Below, piece after piece: positions 30,794 to 40,968 of a stretch of 64,000 bases of DNA. Positions within the stretch are counted from its first letter, which is position 1. The number at the start of each line of letters is the position of its first letter. Under the pieces are notes generated by a model, which was given only the letters and a program-made list of their open reading frames with translations, was not told the origin of the DNA and ran no database searches. Source of the stretch: Pseudomonadota bacterium (GTDB taxonomy: Bacteria > Bdellovibrionota > Bdellovibrionia > Bdellovibrionales > SG-bin7); the NCBI GenBank assembly GCA_034439715.1, contig JAWXAY010000094.1, forward strand, positions 47,008 to 111,007, in the 5' to 3' direction. A program made the position numbers and the translations under genes.

Positions 30794-32762
30794 AAACTTA
30801 ATTTTCGTAGGCTTGGCACTTTTACTAACGGGATTTAATTTTGACGAAAAATTGGATCAGTCGATTTCTAATACAGTAAAATACCTCAAGGAGCGACAAC
30901 GGCCCGAAGGCCATTGGGCCGGCGCTTATGTTTGTGATGCCTCATTTGATGCTTTGGCTTTAGCACTCGGAAAAAAGCTGGGACTCTTGAATGAAGACCT
31001 AAAGGTCGAAATCTACAAATCCATTACAGATCGAATTGACCCATCAAAGAGCGGGTGGACGACTTATGCTGGCGGTCCTATCGATAGGGATGTCACTGGT
31101 ATTATTCTTTTGGCACTTCAAAGTGTGGGGTATTCAGAAGCTGATCCCCATCTCATCAGAGCATGGCAATGGTTTCACTCCCAAGGTGGATTAAAAATTT
31201 TGGGTCCAATTGCTAAGGCTCAATTGATTCCACTGGGTCTCGTTAGCAAAAAACTCGTACCAATGGTTACTGCGAGAATACTGGGACTCCCCAAATTGTC
31301 GCCAGTACACATAAGTAAACTCGGTCATGTTAAGGAGCTCACGATTCCATTTATAGGATGGCAAATCTTATCTGAACTTAAGGACAACTCCCTTTCGGCA
31401 GAATTTCTAAATCTTACAGCGTGGATGAATGAAAAAGTGAGTATCGGGACTTACAAGTTTCCGCAAATTGATGGAACTTCACAAGAATTTACGAAAGATC
31501 CTTATGTTGATTTAGCAAACTCCTTTATAAACCTCCTGGTTGGTGGCAGCGATATCTTTTGGGCCAAACAAGTTGTCGCCTATGCTTTGCAAAGGCGTAA
31601 TCCATCTGGCAATTGGTTCGGTGTGAGTTTTACGATGGTAAACTTATTAATGCTGTCAGAGGCACAACGAGTGGGGCTGGGGGATTTCTCAGGTCTACTA
31701 AATCAAGGCTGGCAGAGCATACTCAGGTGGCGTGCTTTGAGCGGCGAGGGAATCTCAGTTCAACAGGTTATGTCGAGCGATATTTGGGACACCTCAAATA
31801 CTTTATCTGCCTTTCATAAGTTAAAGGACACTAAATGGTACGACTCACAGATGGTACAAGGGATAAACTTAGGTGCTAAATGGCTGAATGATAAATTCAT
31901 ATCCAGTGCGGGCTGGAGTTTTGATAGCTCAGATAGAACTCTCCCCGATCTTGATGATACGGGTACCGTCCTTCATGCCCTAGCGGGCACTCAAGAAGTC
32001 GAACACATTCCTTTCGCGCTTGACTGGATACTTGAAAACCAAAACGACGATGGGGGATTTCCGGCATGGAACAAGGGTGTCTCGCAAAATACCTTTTTAC
32101 TAATGGAGGGATTTTTTCCGGATATTCCAGATATCGCCGACATTAGTCAAACGGATCTCACGGCACGGGTACTGGTTACTTTTTCGGTCTTAGAAAAACA
32201 GGGCGTTGTTTCAAGACGAACTTTAACTCCAATTCGCGAACGCGCCTGTAAATTTATTTTAGATAAATCAGAAAAAATTAAAAACATTGATGCTCCCGCC
32301 TATACGGGTCATTGGTTTTCAAACAATGTATATGCGGCTAGCACAGCGGCTATGGGGCTTGTTTATGGCAATTGCAATCAAAAAACTCTCCCGCAGATTT
32401 TGAAGTGGGTTGTCTCGGTACAAAATTTAGATGGCGGTTGGGGTGAGGGCAATGGCGGGTATAAAACAAAGGAATTTTTTAGGGGGCCTTCAACTCTATC
32501 ACAAACAACTTTGATATTATTGGGGTTAGTAGAAACTTACGGGCAGTTAAAAACAAATGGCAATAATATTGCTTGGTTAAAAACGAGCATTGAAAAAGGC
32601 ATGGATTTTGTGATGAGCCAAAGTCAGCTAGGCACTAATTACTTTGACCCCACATTTACTGGCATAAATATTAAAGGAGCCAGTTTTTCGCGTTATGAGC
32701 TCTTACCTGCCTATACCGCGCTTTATGTTTATGGCACGTGGTTGAAATATTTGGGGTATTGA
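30771..32762 (+). CDS. Squalene-hopene cyclase family (class II terpene cyclase), divergent, with putative signal peptide
   Basis: PDLDDT catalytic motif, QW repeats (QRPEGHW, QNDDGGF, QNLDGGWGE), IWDT, STLSQT. Confidence 0.88.
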   Translation: MPLTTFRRNLIFVGLALLLTGFNFDEKLDQSISNTVKYLKERQRPEGHWAGAYVCDASFDALALALGKKLGLLNEDLKVEIYKSITDRIDPSKSGWTTYAGGPIDRDVTGIILLALQSVGYSEADPHLIRAWQWFHSQGGLKILGPIAKAQLIPLGLVSKKLVPMVTARILGLPKLSPVHISKLGHVKELTIPFIGWQILSELKDNSLSAEFLNLTAWMNEKVSIGTYKFPQIDGTSQEFTKDPYVDLANSFINLLVGGSDIFWAKQVVAYALQRRNPSGNWFGVSFTMVNLLMLSEAQRVGLGDFSGLLNQGWQSILRWRALSGEGISVQQVMSSDIWDTSNTLSAFHKLKDTKWYDSQMVQGINLGAKWLNDKFISSAGWSFDSSDRTLPDLDDTGTVLHALAGTQEVEHIPFALDWILENQNDDGGFPAWNKGVSQNTFLLMEGFFPDIPDIADISQTDLTARVLVTFSVLEKQGVVSRRTLTPIRERACKFILDKSEKIKNIDAPAYTGHWFSNNVYAASTAAMGLVYGNCNQKTLPQILKWVVSVQNLDGGWGEGNGGYKTKEFFRGPSTLSQTTLILLGLVETYGQLKTNGNNIAWLKTSIEKGMDFVMSQSQLGTNYFDPTFTGINIKGASFSRYELLPAYTALYVYGTWLKYLGY

Positions 32763-33263
32763 TTACTTCGCTAGCTTAAGCAAAGTATTCACGGTCTTTT
32801 TGATTTTATCGACTTCAAATGGTTTTTTGATGTAGTCATCACAGCCAACCTGAAAACCTCGTTTGATATCAAGTTCGTTGGTTTTTCCTGAAACAAAAAT
32901 TAGTGGAATACGTTTTAAATCTTTATGTTCTTTTAATAGTTGAGCGAGCTCATAACCGTTAATCCAGGGCAGTCCCACATCTAAAATAATCATATCTATT
33001 GGCGCGTCGTTGAGTACGTGTGAAAGTTGCGTGCCGTCGGCAGCAGGCAGAACCTTATAGCCATCGCTTTCAAAAATTCGCCGCATGGCCTCGCGCATGG
33101 TTTCATCGTCTTCGATGACGAGTAGAGTTTTGGGTCTTTCTTTTTTTGCAACTTTTCGAAAACTATCGAGAGAAACAATGCCATCTCTGGCCACTTTTTC
33201 GCGGGTGATACGTTCAATTTTCTGCACTAGCTCTGCAGTATTAACACCCTTTTTTTGACTCAT
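32763..33263 (-). CDS. Single-domain response regulator with N-terminal extension
   Basis: VIEDD, IILDVGLP, DDYIKKPF. Confidence 0.9.
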   Translation of the reverse strand: MSQKKGVNTAELVQKIERITREKVARDGIVSLDSFRKVAKKERPKTLLVIEDDETMREAMRRIFESDGYKVLPAADGTQLSHVLNDAPIDMIILDVGLPWINGYELAQLLKEHKDLKRIPLIFVSGKTNELDIKRGFQVGCDDYIKKPFEVDKIKKTVNTLLKLAK

Positions 33264-34193
33264 TTACTCTCCCTGTTTTTCGAGCCACCTTTCGCAATCG
33301 ATGGCTGCCATACAGCCGCTTCCTGCTGCTGTAACTGCTTGCCGATAGTGAGGGTCTTGCACGTCTCCGGCGGCAAACACGCCATCGATCGAAGTGTAAG
33401 ATGTTCCCGATTTTGGTTTGATGTAACCAACTTCGTTGAGCTCCAAAAGGCCTTTAAAAATTTGGGTGTTGGGACTATGCCCAATCGCCAAAAACATGCC
33501 TTCAACAGCAAGCTCACTTAATTGGTTGGTAACGGTGTTGCGAATTTTTAATTTCTCAACAACCTTACCACCCAGGACCTCTTCCACAGTCTCGTTGACC
33601 CTTATCTCAATTTTGGAGTTGTTTTTGACTTTTTCCAACATGATTTTTGAAGAGCGAAAAACATCCCGACGATGGATCAGGTACACCTTTTTTGCAAAGC
33701 GGGTTAAAAATGAGGCTTCTTCCATTGCGGTATCTCCGCCTCCGATAACAGCGACGTTCATGTTCTTAAAAAAGGCTCCGTCACAAGTCGCGCAAGCCGA
33801 TACACCTTTGCTCATGAATTTCTTCTCTGATTCTAGACCAAGGTATTTGGCTGAGGCGCCAGTCGCAATAATTACACTTCGAGTTTCAAATAAGTTCTGC
33901 CCTTGCCATACTTTAAAGGGGCGTGTCGAGAAGTCGACTTTAGTCACATTTTTAGCTTCAAATCTCGTTCCAAAGCGGCCCGCTTGTTTGCGAAAAATCT
34001 CCATCATCTCTGGTCCAGTAATTCCTTCTGCAAATCCCGGATAGTTTTCGACGTCACTTGTTAACATGAGTTGTCCGCCGACTTCTTCGCCTTCAAACAT
34101 TAGTGGATTGAGCAAAGCACGAGAGGTATACAATGCTGCTGTATAACCCGCAGGACCTGAGCCAATAATTATGACTTTTTCAATTTTACCCAT
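33264..34193 (-). CDS. trxB: Thioredoxin reductase
   Basis: GSGPAG, CATCDG, GGGDTA, YRQAVTAAGSG; start at ATG 34193. Confidence 0.96.
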   Translation of the reverse strand: MGKIEKVIIIGSGPAGYTAALYTSRALLNPLMFEGEEVGGQLMLTSDVENYPGFAEGITGPEMMEIFRKQAGRFGTRFEAKNVTKVDFSTRPFKVWQGQNLFETRSVIIATGASAKYLGLESEKKFMSKGVSACATCDGAFFKNMNVAVIGGGDTAMEEASFLTRFAKKVYLIHRRDVFRSSKIMLEKVKNNSKIEIRVNETVEEVLGGKVVEKLKIRNTVTNQLSELAVEGMFLAIGHSPNTQIFKGLLELNEVGYIKPKSGTSYTSIDGVFAAGDVQDPHYRQAVTAAGSGCMAAIDCERWLEKQGE

Positions 34194-34216
34194 TTTGTAC
34201 TCCTCTGATCTTTTCT

Positions 34217-34885
34217 CTAAGATTTTAATTGATAGTGCCAAGTTGCCCCGGGTTCAACTACCCAAGTTAACATTTTTTGAGCGGCGACTTCAGCAGTTAG
34301 AATTGGTAATTTCATGCGACGCGGAAGGGCATTTTTTGGGAGAAGGTCGGTGTCAATATAGTCAGGACTAAACAGTCTAATTTTAGCCTTGCCATTTTTT
34401 TCCGCAACTATCGATTGAATTAAACTGTGCAGTGCATTTTTTGCGGCACCATATGAGGAGCCAAGTGGATGCTCATTATTTTCGGCCACAAGTGAACCAA
34501 CAAAACAGATTTGTCCTAAGTCGTTCGGTCCCTTTAAAACATGATGTAAGATTTTGGCGGGGGTTAAAAAATTAACATGTAGGGCCCACTCATGATCTTT
34601 CCATTCAAAAGAATGAAACGGTCCGTAAGGGCCACCACCTGCAAAATAGAAAATCTGCTGAGGCTTGATTTCATCAATCAGTTTCAAGAGATTCTGTTGG
34701 TCAGCGGACTGAGAGGCATCGAACCTAATGTACTGATGTTGAGTCGAAGTTAGAGATTTTCGTGAGGCCAGAAAAATCTTGAGGTTCGGATATTTTTTAT
34801 CAAGCTCATTCACAAAGGCCCGCCCCAGTCCGCGGCTAGCGCCAATTATCAGTATATTTTCCTTGTCCCACATTGATTTGCCCAT
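34217..34885 (-). CDS. SDR family oxidoreductase
   Basis: GASRGLG and YGAAK. Confidence 0.85.
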   Translation of the reverse strand: MGKSMWDKENILIIGASRGLGRAFVNELDKKYPNLKIFLASRKSLTSTQHQYIRFDASQSADQQNLLKLIDEIKPQQIFYFAGGGPYGPFHSFEWKDHEWALHVNFLTPAKILHHVLKGPNDLGQICFVGSLVAENNEHPLGSSYGAAKNALHSLIQSIVAEKNGKAKIRLFSPDYIDTDLLPKNALPRRMKLPILTAEVAAQKMLTWVVEPGATWHYQLKS

Positions 34886-34902
34886 TAATTTAAGTAACTA
34901 CT

Positions 34903-35190
34903 ATGCCATGGATAAAGTTTGTCAAAGGGTTTCCCGATATTGAAGTCCCAAAAGGCTCTAACTTGCGGGAGACCTTGCGTGAAAATGGTCGTCCGGTGGC
35001 GAGTTCTTGTCGTGGCCAAGCGGTCTGTACAAAGTGTGTTATTAAAATTATTGAAGGCCTACAGAATCTATCTCTTCAAAATCAGGCCGAAAAAGATCTG
35101 CGCGATATCCACGATATACCAAAAGACTCGAGAGTCAGCTGTCAGACGTCTGTTGAGGGCGATATTACCGTTGATACGACTTACTGGTAA
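34903..35190 (+). CDS. 2Fe-2S ferredoxin
   Basis: SSCRGQAVCTKC...RVSCQ. Confidence 0.9.
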   Translation: MPWIKFVKGFPDIEVPKGSNLRETLRENGRPVASSCRGQAVCTKCVIKIIEGLQNLSLQNQAEKDLRDIHDIPKDSRVSCQTSVEGDITVDTTYW

Positions 35191-35312
35191 TTATCGGTTG
35201 GTTCCGAATAAAATCCTGAGTTCGGACATCGTTTTTTTTAAAATGGTTTAAACTTAGTTTAAAGACTGACCCGCCAAATGCAGTAAAGGCTTTCAATCAA
35301 TGGAGGTCATTC

Positions 35313-36737
35313 ATGAAAATAAATAAATTACTCACCGTTTCCTTGCTTGTTCTAACGTGTGCCTTAGCTTGTCAAAAAAAAGAAGAAACAGAATATATCT
35401 TTCCGCTGTTGGGCAAAGGAGGAAATGCGGAAAGTCTCGAGGTAAAAATTTTGGCACAAAATATTGAAAAAATCTCTCTTGATGACGAAATTGTCATTGA
35501 AAGTGCTACTGATGAAAAGCCAGAGGGACAAAATTTGAGAGAAACTAAATCAACGTCATTGAATGTTTCATGTGAGGCCCCAGGCATTAAGAGCGAGAAT
35601 AAAAAATCGCGCCTAACGCGAAATAAAAAATACCGGTTTTTACAGCTAGTGCCAATGCACCTTATATCGAAAAGAAATCTGAATTTGCAAAAAAACTTTA
35701 GTTGTATGTTCAGCTTTTCGTATCAAAAAAATAAAGTAAAAGATTTGGGACCGTTGGTGATCGACAATTCCAATTACTCGGGCAATTTGCCTCTACGAAA
35801 AGGGGCAATGGATTTTCCGAAGGATTCAAAAGATGTCATTCTACCTCATCAGGTAAACGAAGTTCAGTTCGACTTCCCAAGTGGTCGAGCTGTTACGACC
35901 ACTTTAGTTTGTGACCAATTTGTCAGTCGTGAAGATCTATTGGACATACGTTACTTTCAGTTGTCTCAACTAATTTATAAGGGAACCAAAAGTGTGAACT
36001 CGAATTTAGCAGGGGCGCAGAACTGCCGCCTTGTTATTGAGGCGCTTGATCAATCAGAAGAAATCTTTATCAGTAAGTCGTTTCTACTAGTGTTTAAAAA
36101 AGAAAATTTGGCGCTGGATTTTTCAACTGGTTTTTCAATGATGACCCATGTGGCAAAAGGGAACCAAGTGCTATTTACGCTTGTCATCTCTAACCCAAAT
36201 TATTTTGCTGTCGAAGTCAAAACTTCGCATCTGCCACAACAGGTAATATGGCAACCGGTATACGGCATTAAAAATGGTAACAGTGGCGGACCAATCTATG
36301 TTTTGAAAACGAATACTAAATCAATAACATGGCATGTAACAGAAGCAGAAGGTTCAGTGTCAGGTACAGACGCAAGTTTTGTTGTGGGATCGCAGCAAAA
36401 GGCAGTATTATCTGGAAGTGCCTCGATAGATGTCTCCTGTGGGGCCAGCCTCCATGTTCAACAATTTGGGCCTGCTATGCCGCTGGTAGGCTATCTAGTG
36501 GAATTAGATTCTAACAAAGTTGATCTGAGTGATTTTTTTCAAGGAGCGCAAATAGGTGGGGCTCATTATCCCCTGGATGGCCCCTTACAAACTAGTTTTG
36601 CTGGAAACAAAAAGTGGATTTCAATTGATGGCATTGACTACACACAAAGAGCCAACTGGTTTAAGAATGGAATTGTAACCTACAGAGGTACTGACAACCT
36701 AAGCCGTGAGGCGAGGCATTGTACGGACGGACGCTAA
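35313..36737 (+). CDS. Hypothetical lipoprotein
   Basis: Lipobox ALAC; GGAGG RBS. Confidence 0.75.
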   Translation: MKINKLLTVSLLVLTCALACQKKEETEYIFPLLGKGGNAESLEVKILAQNIEKISLDDEIVIESATDEKPEGQNLRETKSTSLNVSCEAPGIKSENKKSRLTRNKKYRFLQLVPMHLISKRNLNLQKNFSCMFSFSYQKNKVKDLGPLVIDNSNYSGNLPLRKGAMDFPKDSKDVILPHQVNEVQFDFPSGRAVTTTLVCDQFVSREDLLDIRYFQLSQLIYKGTKSVNSNLAGAQNCRLVIEALDQSEEIFISKSFLLVFKKENLALDFSTGFSMMTHVAKGNQVLFTLVISNPNYFAVEVKTSHLPQQVIWQPVYGIKNGNSGGPIYVLKTNTKSITWHVTEAEGSVSGTDASFVVGSQQKAVLSGSASIDVSCGASLHVQQFGPAMPLVGYLVELDSNKVDLSDFFQGAQIGGAHYPLDGPLQTSFAGNKKWISIDGIDYTQRANWFKNGIVTYRGTDNLSREARHCTDGR

Positions 36738-36740
36738 CAC

Positions 36741-37460
36741 TTAGTGGCAAGATGCCAAAAGATAATAAATCGGCTGACCTTTTTTTAAGAATATTTTTTC
36801 AAAGGTCGTGGGAAAGTTCCGATCTTTATTTAAAGACTTATGCAAATCGGTACTTGCAAAATTAATCTGGTATTTACTTCGGACAAAGCGTTGAAGCGCC
36901 CATTTAAAATACCCAGGGCTGTCAGTTTTAAATTCAAGATTCGAACCCGGGCGCTGCATAGAAAATAATTTTTCTAAATACTCATCAGTAATGAGTCGAT
37001 GTTTCCATTGCGGTCCTAACTCCCAGGGGTCAGGAAAATGTATGTATACATCATTGAGTTCACCCTCGGAAAACAAATCTTCGATGAGGTAAGCGTTATA
37101 GCGAATGACTCGGGCATTCTGGCTTCCGTTGTTTACCGTTCGACGAACTGTTTGAACAATGGGTTTGTATTTGAGTTCAATGGCCAGGGCTAATCGTTCA
37201 GGATACTTTAGAGCATGATAAGCAAAATGATTTCCATTGCCGGGCCCAATTTCTAAATCTAAAAAGCTATTTTCTGATTGGTGAAATGAATGACTTCGCC
37301 ATTTGCCCTTGTAGGTCGGTGATTTTTCTTCATCGTAGGCCCATTGAGAAAATTCATTGCACATCAATTGCACATACTGGTTGGGTTTCGGAAGATTTTT
37401 AGTTTTAGCCCAAGAAAAATGTAAACCTCTCATAACCCGACTTGACTTACCAAAGGCCAA
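36741..37460 (-). CDS. trmB: tRNA (guanine-N7)-methyltransferase
   Basis: LEIGPGNG, HFPDPW, KHRL, FKTD, TTFE; exact start uncertain. Confidence 0.9.
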   Translation of the reverse strand: MAFGKSSRVMRGLHFSWAKTKNLPKPNQYVQLMCNEFSQWAYDEEKSPTYKGKWRSHSFHQSENSFLDLEIGPGNGNHFAYHALKYPERLALAIELKYKPIVQTVRRTVNNGSQNARVIRYNAYLIEDLFSEGELNDVYIHFPDPWELGPQWKHRLITDEYLEKLFSMQRPGSNLEFKTDSPGYFKWALQRFVRSKYQINFASTDLHKSLNKDRNFPTTFEKIFLKKGQPIYYLLASCH

Positions 37461-37477
37461 TTCCTATTACAATAGGA

Positions 37478-39124
37478 ATGCCATTAATTTTTCTTATTTT
37501 ATCGCTTTTATCGACAGAGTCGTTTGCAACTCCTGCGGCTGGCCAAAAAATAATGATTTCAGCTGCTAATGAATTAGCTGTTGAATATGGCAAGGAACTT
37601 TATCGTCAGGGCGGCACAATTGTCGACGTTGCAGTTGGTGTAGCCTTGATGATGTCGGTGACAAATCCCTATTTTGCTTCTCTCGGAGGGGGAGGATTTG
37701 CCTTAGTAAAGATGAATGGCGAAACAGAAGTTTTAGATTTCAGAGAGGTAGCCCCGAAGAAGACTGATCCCAATTTTTTTATGAAGAAAAACAAACAGGA
37801 TTCTGTCTACGGCGGTTCCGCTGTCGCTGTGCCTGGCTTGGTAAAGGGATATTATGAACTTCATAAAAAATATGGCAAGCTTCGCTGGAAAGATGTGCTT
37901 TCAGGTCCCATTAAGCTCGCCAGAAAAGGGTTTGAGATCAGTAACGAGCTTTACGATCGTACCGAAGGTATCAAGGGAAACTTTAACCCCGCCGGGTACA
38001 AACATTTCTTTAAGCAGAGCAAAGTTCCCTATTTGCCTGGCGATGTTTTAAGGCAACCTGGGCTTGCAGATGGGCTAGGGTTAATTGCTACTCGTGGCGT
38101 AGAAGGCTTTTATGAAGGCCCTATCGCCCAAGATTTGGTTTTCGCGGTTGAAAAAAGCGGTGGCGTTTTAAGCCTAGAGGATTTGCAAAGTTATAAGGTT
38201 CGTTGGTTAAAGCCAATGGTCACTCAATTTTTGAATTATAAACTATATCTGATGCCTCCGCCATCTAGTGGAGGCGTAGTCATGACAGCGATTTTTAAAC
38301 TTCTGGAAATGCAGGACCTGAAAAAATGGAGGCCCTATTCAGCCCCAGAGTCCCATTTATTAGCTGAAGTTTTTCATAGAAGTTTTAGGTTACGCACTCA
38401 AATAGGCGATCCTGACTTTACAAAAAATCCAGTAGCTGATCTTCTTTCTCCTGCCAACATGTTGGCGTTAAACAAAACGATCAATACTGACAAAAAAATC
38501 CAGCTTCAGGCTCTAAAAGAAGATGTCGATATAAAAAATAATGAGAGTAGTGAAACCACACACTTTTCGATAATAAATTCGAACGGCGACGCGGTGGCAA
38601 TGACCATCACGCTGAATGGGTCATATGGTTCAGGTGTTGTAACTCCAAAATTTGGAATTGTACTTAATAACGAAATGGATGACTTCACTACTCGTCCCAA
38701 TGAGCCCAATATTTATGGCCTTATTCAAGGAAAGGCCAATGCAATTGAACCCGGAAAGCGGCCATTGAGTTCAATGAGCCCCACAATCGTTGAAAAAAAT
38801 GGAGAAACTGTTTTGGTTCTTGGTGCTCAGGGTGGACCGAGAATTATTAGCTCCGTGGCTCAGGTTATTTACCGAACTTTAGTTAATAATTATAACCTCG
38901 AAGAGGCTATTCATCTGCCAAGACTTCATGCGCAGTTTCAACCACCGATCATCTATTTTGATAAGGGTAAGTGGTCTCCTGAGATGTTTGATTTTATGAA
39001 AGAAAAAGGCCACCAAACTGAAGAAAGCTGGATGGGGCGTGTGAATGCCGTCCAACGAGGAGACAAAAACATTCTCTACGGTGCTGCCGATGATCGTGTT
39101 GAAGGGTATGCAAGCGGCTACTAA
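37478..39124 (+). CDS. ggt: Gamma-glutamyltranspeptidase
   Basis: DFRE, ETTHFS, LNNEMDDF, KRPLSSM; signal peptide from ATG 37478. Confidence 0.95.
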   Translation: MPLIFLILSLLSTESFATPAAGQKIMISAANELAVEYGKELYRQGGTIVDVAVGVALMMSVTNPYFASLGGGGFALVKMNGETEVLDFREVAPKKTDPNFFMKKNKQDSVYGGSAVAVPGLVKGYYELHKKYGKLRWKDVLSGPIKLARKGFEISNELYDRTEGIKGNFNPAGYKHFFKQSKVPYLPGDVLRQPGLADGLGLIATRGVEGFYEGPIAQDLVFAVEKSGGVLSLEDLQSYKVRWLKPMVTQFLNYKLYLMPPPSSGGVVMTAIFKLLEMQDLKKWRPYSAPESHLLAEVFHRSFRLRTQIGDPDFTKNPVADLLSPANMLALNKTINTDKKIQLQALKEDVDIKNNESSETTHFSIINSNGDAVAMTITLNGSYGSGVVTPKFGIVLNNEMDDFTTRPNEPNIYGLIQGKANAIEPGKRPLSSMSPTIVEKNGETVLVLGAQGGPRIISSVAQVIYRTLVNNYNLEEAIHLPRLHAQFQPPIIYFDKGKWSPEMFDFMKEKGHQTEESWMGRVNAVQRGDKNILYGAADDRVEGYASGY

Positions 39125-39133
39125 GGAGTTCGC

Positions 39134-40147
39134 CTATTTGAACTCTGGCGGCTCTGTCGGACTTACAAGCTCATCAAATGTGTGTGGCTTTCTACCAGAA
39201 AACTTTTCCTGTCTTACTGGGCATTCTGCGACGTCGCAAACGGCGCAGTAAGCCCTACGGCAAGGGTCCATATGAAAATGAATTTCACCTTCATGTGGAT
39301 ACTGATCTATCACCTTTTTCTCAAACTTATTGGTTTCAGCATGTGCTGTTTTAACATCCCAAAATTCAGGTAGAATGACATGAGCATCGATATGATGATA
39401 GTTTCCTGAGCGCATGATACGGGTATGATGAATTCTAATTATTCCAGGAAACCAATTGTCGGTGAAGGTTTTCTGCAGAACCGTTAATAGCGATTTATCC
39501 TCGCGGTCAACAAGTGCTCCCATGGATTCCCAGGCGACCCTCATGCCCGTATAGCCGAGGTGAATTGCGACGGCTATAGCGATGACGGGATCGAGCCAAA
39601 AAAGATTGGTAAACTTAACGACAACAAGACCGACCACGACGGCGGCTGTAGTAATAAAATCAGCGATAACGTGTTTGCCGCTCGCCATGAGGCTAGGGGA
39701 GTGCCCACGCTTACCCAACAGCAGAAGGTAAGTTCCAAGAAGGAGATTAGCGACGCCGGTAAATGCAATAATAAAAATACCATTATCGAGATGGCGAATA
39801 GGCGTGGGTTCTACCAAAGCCTGCACTGATTCTACTAGAATCATGGCGGCAGCAAAAGCGATGAGTCCACCCTCAAATATAGCCGAAAAAAACTCGAACT
39901 TGCCGTGACCATAAGGATGATCACTATCAGCAGGTTTAGAAGAAATAAACAGCATTCCTAGTGATAGGCTGGCGGCGAGAACATTAACTATGCTCTCCAT
40001 GGCATCAGAAAATACGGCCTGAGAACCTGTTAGCCGATAAGCCCAAAATTTTAGCCCCAATAGAAAGGCGCTGACCGTTACATAAAGAATGCCGGCCATA
40101 ATTTTTTTGGACTCCGTAGGAGGCAGTGATATTGTTGGTTCACCCAA
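39134..40147 (-). CDS. Cation diffusion facilitator transporter with Cys-rich tail
   Basis: SDAMES, KPADSDHPYGHGKFE, H...D in TM5, HMDPCRRAYCAVCDVAEC. Confidence 0.92.
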   Translation of the reverse strand: MGEPTISLPPTESKKIMAGILYVTVSAFLLGLKFWAYRLTGSQAVFSDAMESIVNVLAASLSLGMLFISSKPADSDHPYGHGKFEFFSAIFEGGLIAFAAAMILVESVQALVEPTPIRHLDNGIFIIAFTGVANLLLGTYLLLLGKRGHSPSLMASGKHVIADFITTAAVVVGLVVVKFTNLFWLDPVIAIAVAIHLGYTGMRVAWESMGALVDREDKSLLTVLQKTFTDNWFPGIIRIHHTRIMRSGNYHHIDAHVILPEFWDVKTAHAETNKFEKKVIDQYPHEGEIHFHMDPCRRAYCAVCDVAECPVRQEKFSGRKPHTFDELVSPTEPPEFK

Positions 40148-40251
40148 AATTTTGGTTCCTCTGCAAAATTTACATAGTTACTAAACACTTGTTAAGTTTT
40201 TTAGTGACTCATATATACTCCTAAATTCTAAATTAAAACACAAAGAGTTTT

Positions 40252-40968
40252 ATGCAATTACTTGAGCTTAAAGACGTTAGTTTTAGTTACGATGATAAGC
40301 CTCCGCTTAATCGCATTTCGCTAAATATTGATATTGGCCAATTCGTTTGTTTGATTGGGCCCAACGGCTCGGGCAAAACAACGCTATTAAAAGGCTTAAT
40401 GGGGTTTCTGCCCCAGAGATCAGGCTCGCGCGTCGTTTGCGACCGTAGGAATCCTCGGCCAGAAGAACTTAGGGGCTTAGTGGGTTATATCCCTCAACGA
40501 CTTAATCTTGATCCCGCAGTTCCGGTAAAGGTCGAAGAATTTTTGGCTCTTAAACAGAATGTTACTATGAGTGAACAAGAAGTTAACTTGTTGAGTGTAA
40601 AATTTGATCTCGAAAAAATCAAACAAAGATCTATGCATTCTCTATCTGCGGGAGAGCAGCAGCGTGTTTTTTTATTATTTTCAATTCTTAGTGAGCCTAA
40701 ACTTTTGCTTCTTGATGAGTCGTTAGAGGGAACCGATATTAAAGTGCAGCATTCAATTTTCAAAGAATTAATGACCAGAGTTAAGAATCATAAAATGAGT
40801 GTTGTTTTAGTCTCCCACGACATTTCGGCTGTCAGCGAATGGGCCACAAGAGCTGTTTGCTTAGGACCAAATATTGTTTTTGACGGGGATCCGACGTCTG
40901 CCGACTTTCATACTTGTCTGCATAAAACCTATGGAGAGAGTAGTTTCATTCATGATCATGCTCACTAA
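40252..40968 (+). CDS. Metal ABC transporter ATPase (ZnuC-like)
   Basis: GPNGSGKT, GYIPQ, LSAGEQQRV, SHD, C-terminal HDHAH. Confidence 0.88.
   Translation: MQLLELKDVSFSYDDKPPLNRISLNIDIGQFVCLIGPNGSGKTTLLKGLMGFLPQRSGSRVVCDRRNPRPEELRGLVGYIPQRLNLDPAVPVKVEEFLALKQNVTMSEQEVNLLSVKFDLEKIKQRSMHSLSAGEQQRVFLLFSILSEPKLLLLDESLEGTDIKVQHSIFKELMTRVKNHKMSVVLVSHDISAVSEWATRAVCLGPNIVFDGDPTSADFHTCLHKTYGESSFIHDHAH

Noticed and set aside
33436..34044. 202-aa antisense ORF in trxB (and similar shadows in sucCD, leuS, mlaE, aceE)
   Set aside because: Fully antisense to conserved genes with no motifs; codon-bias shadows
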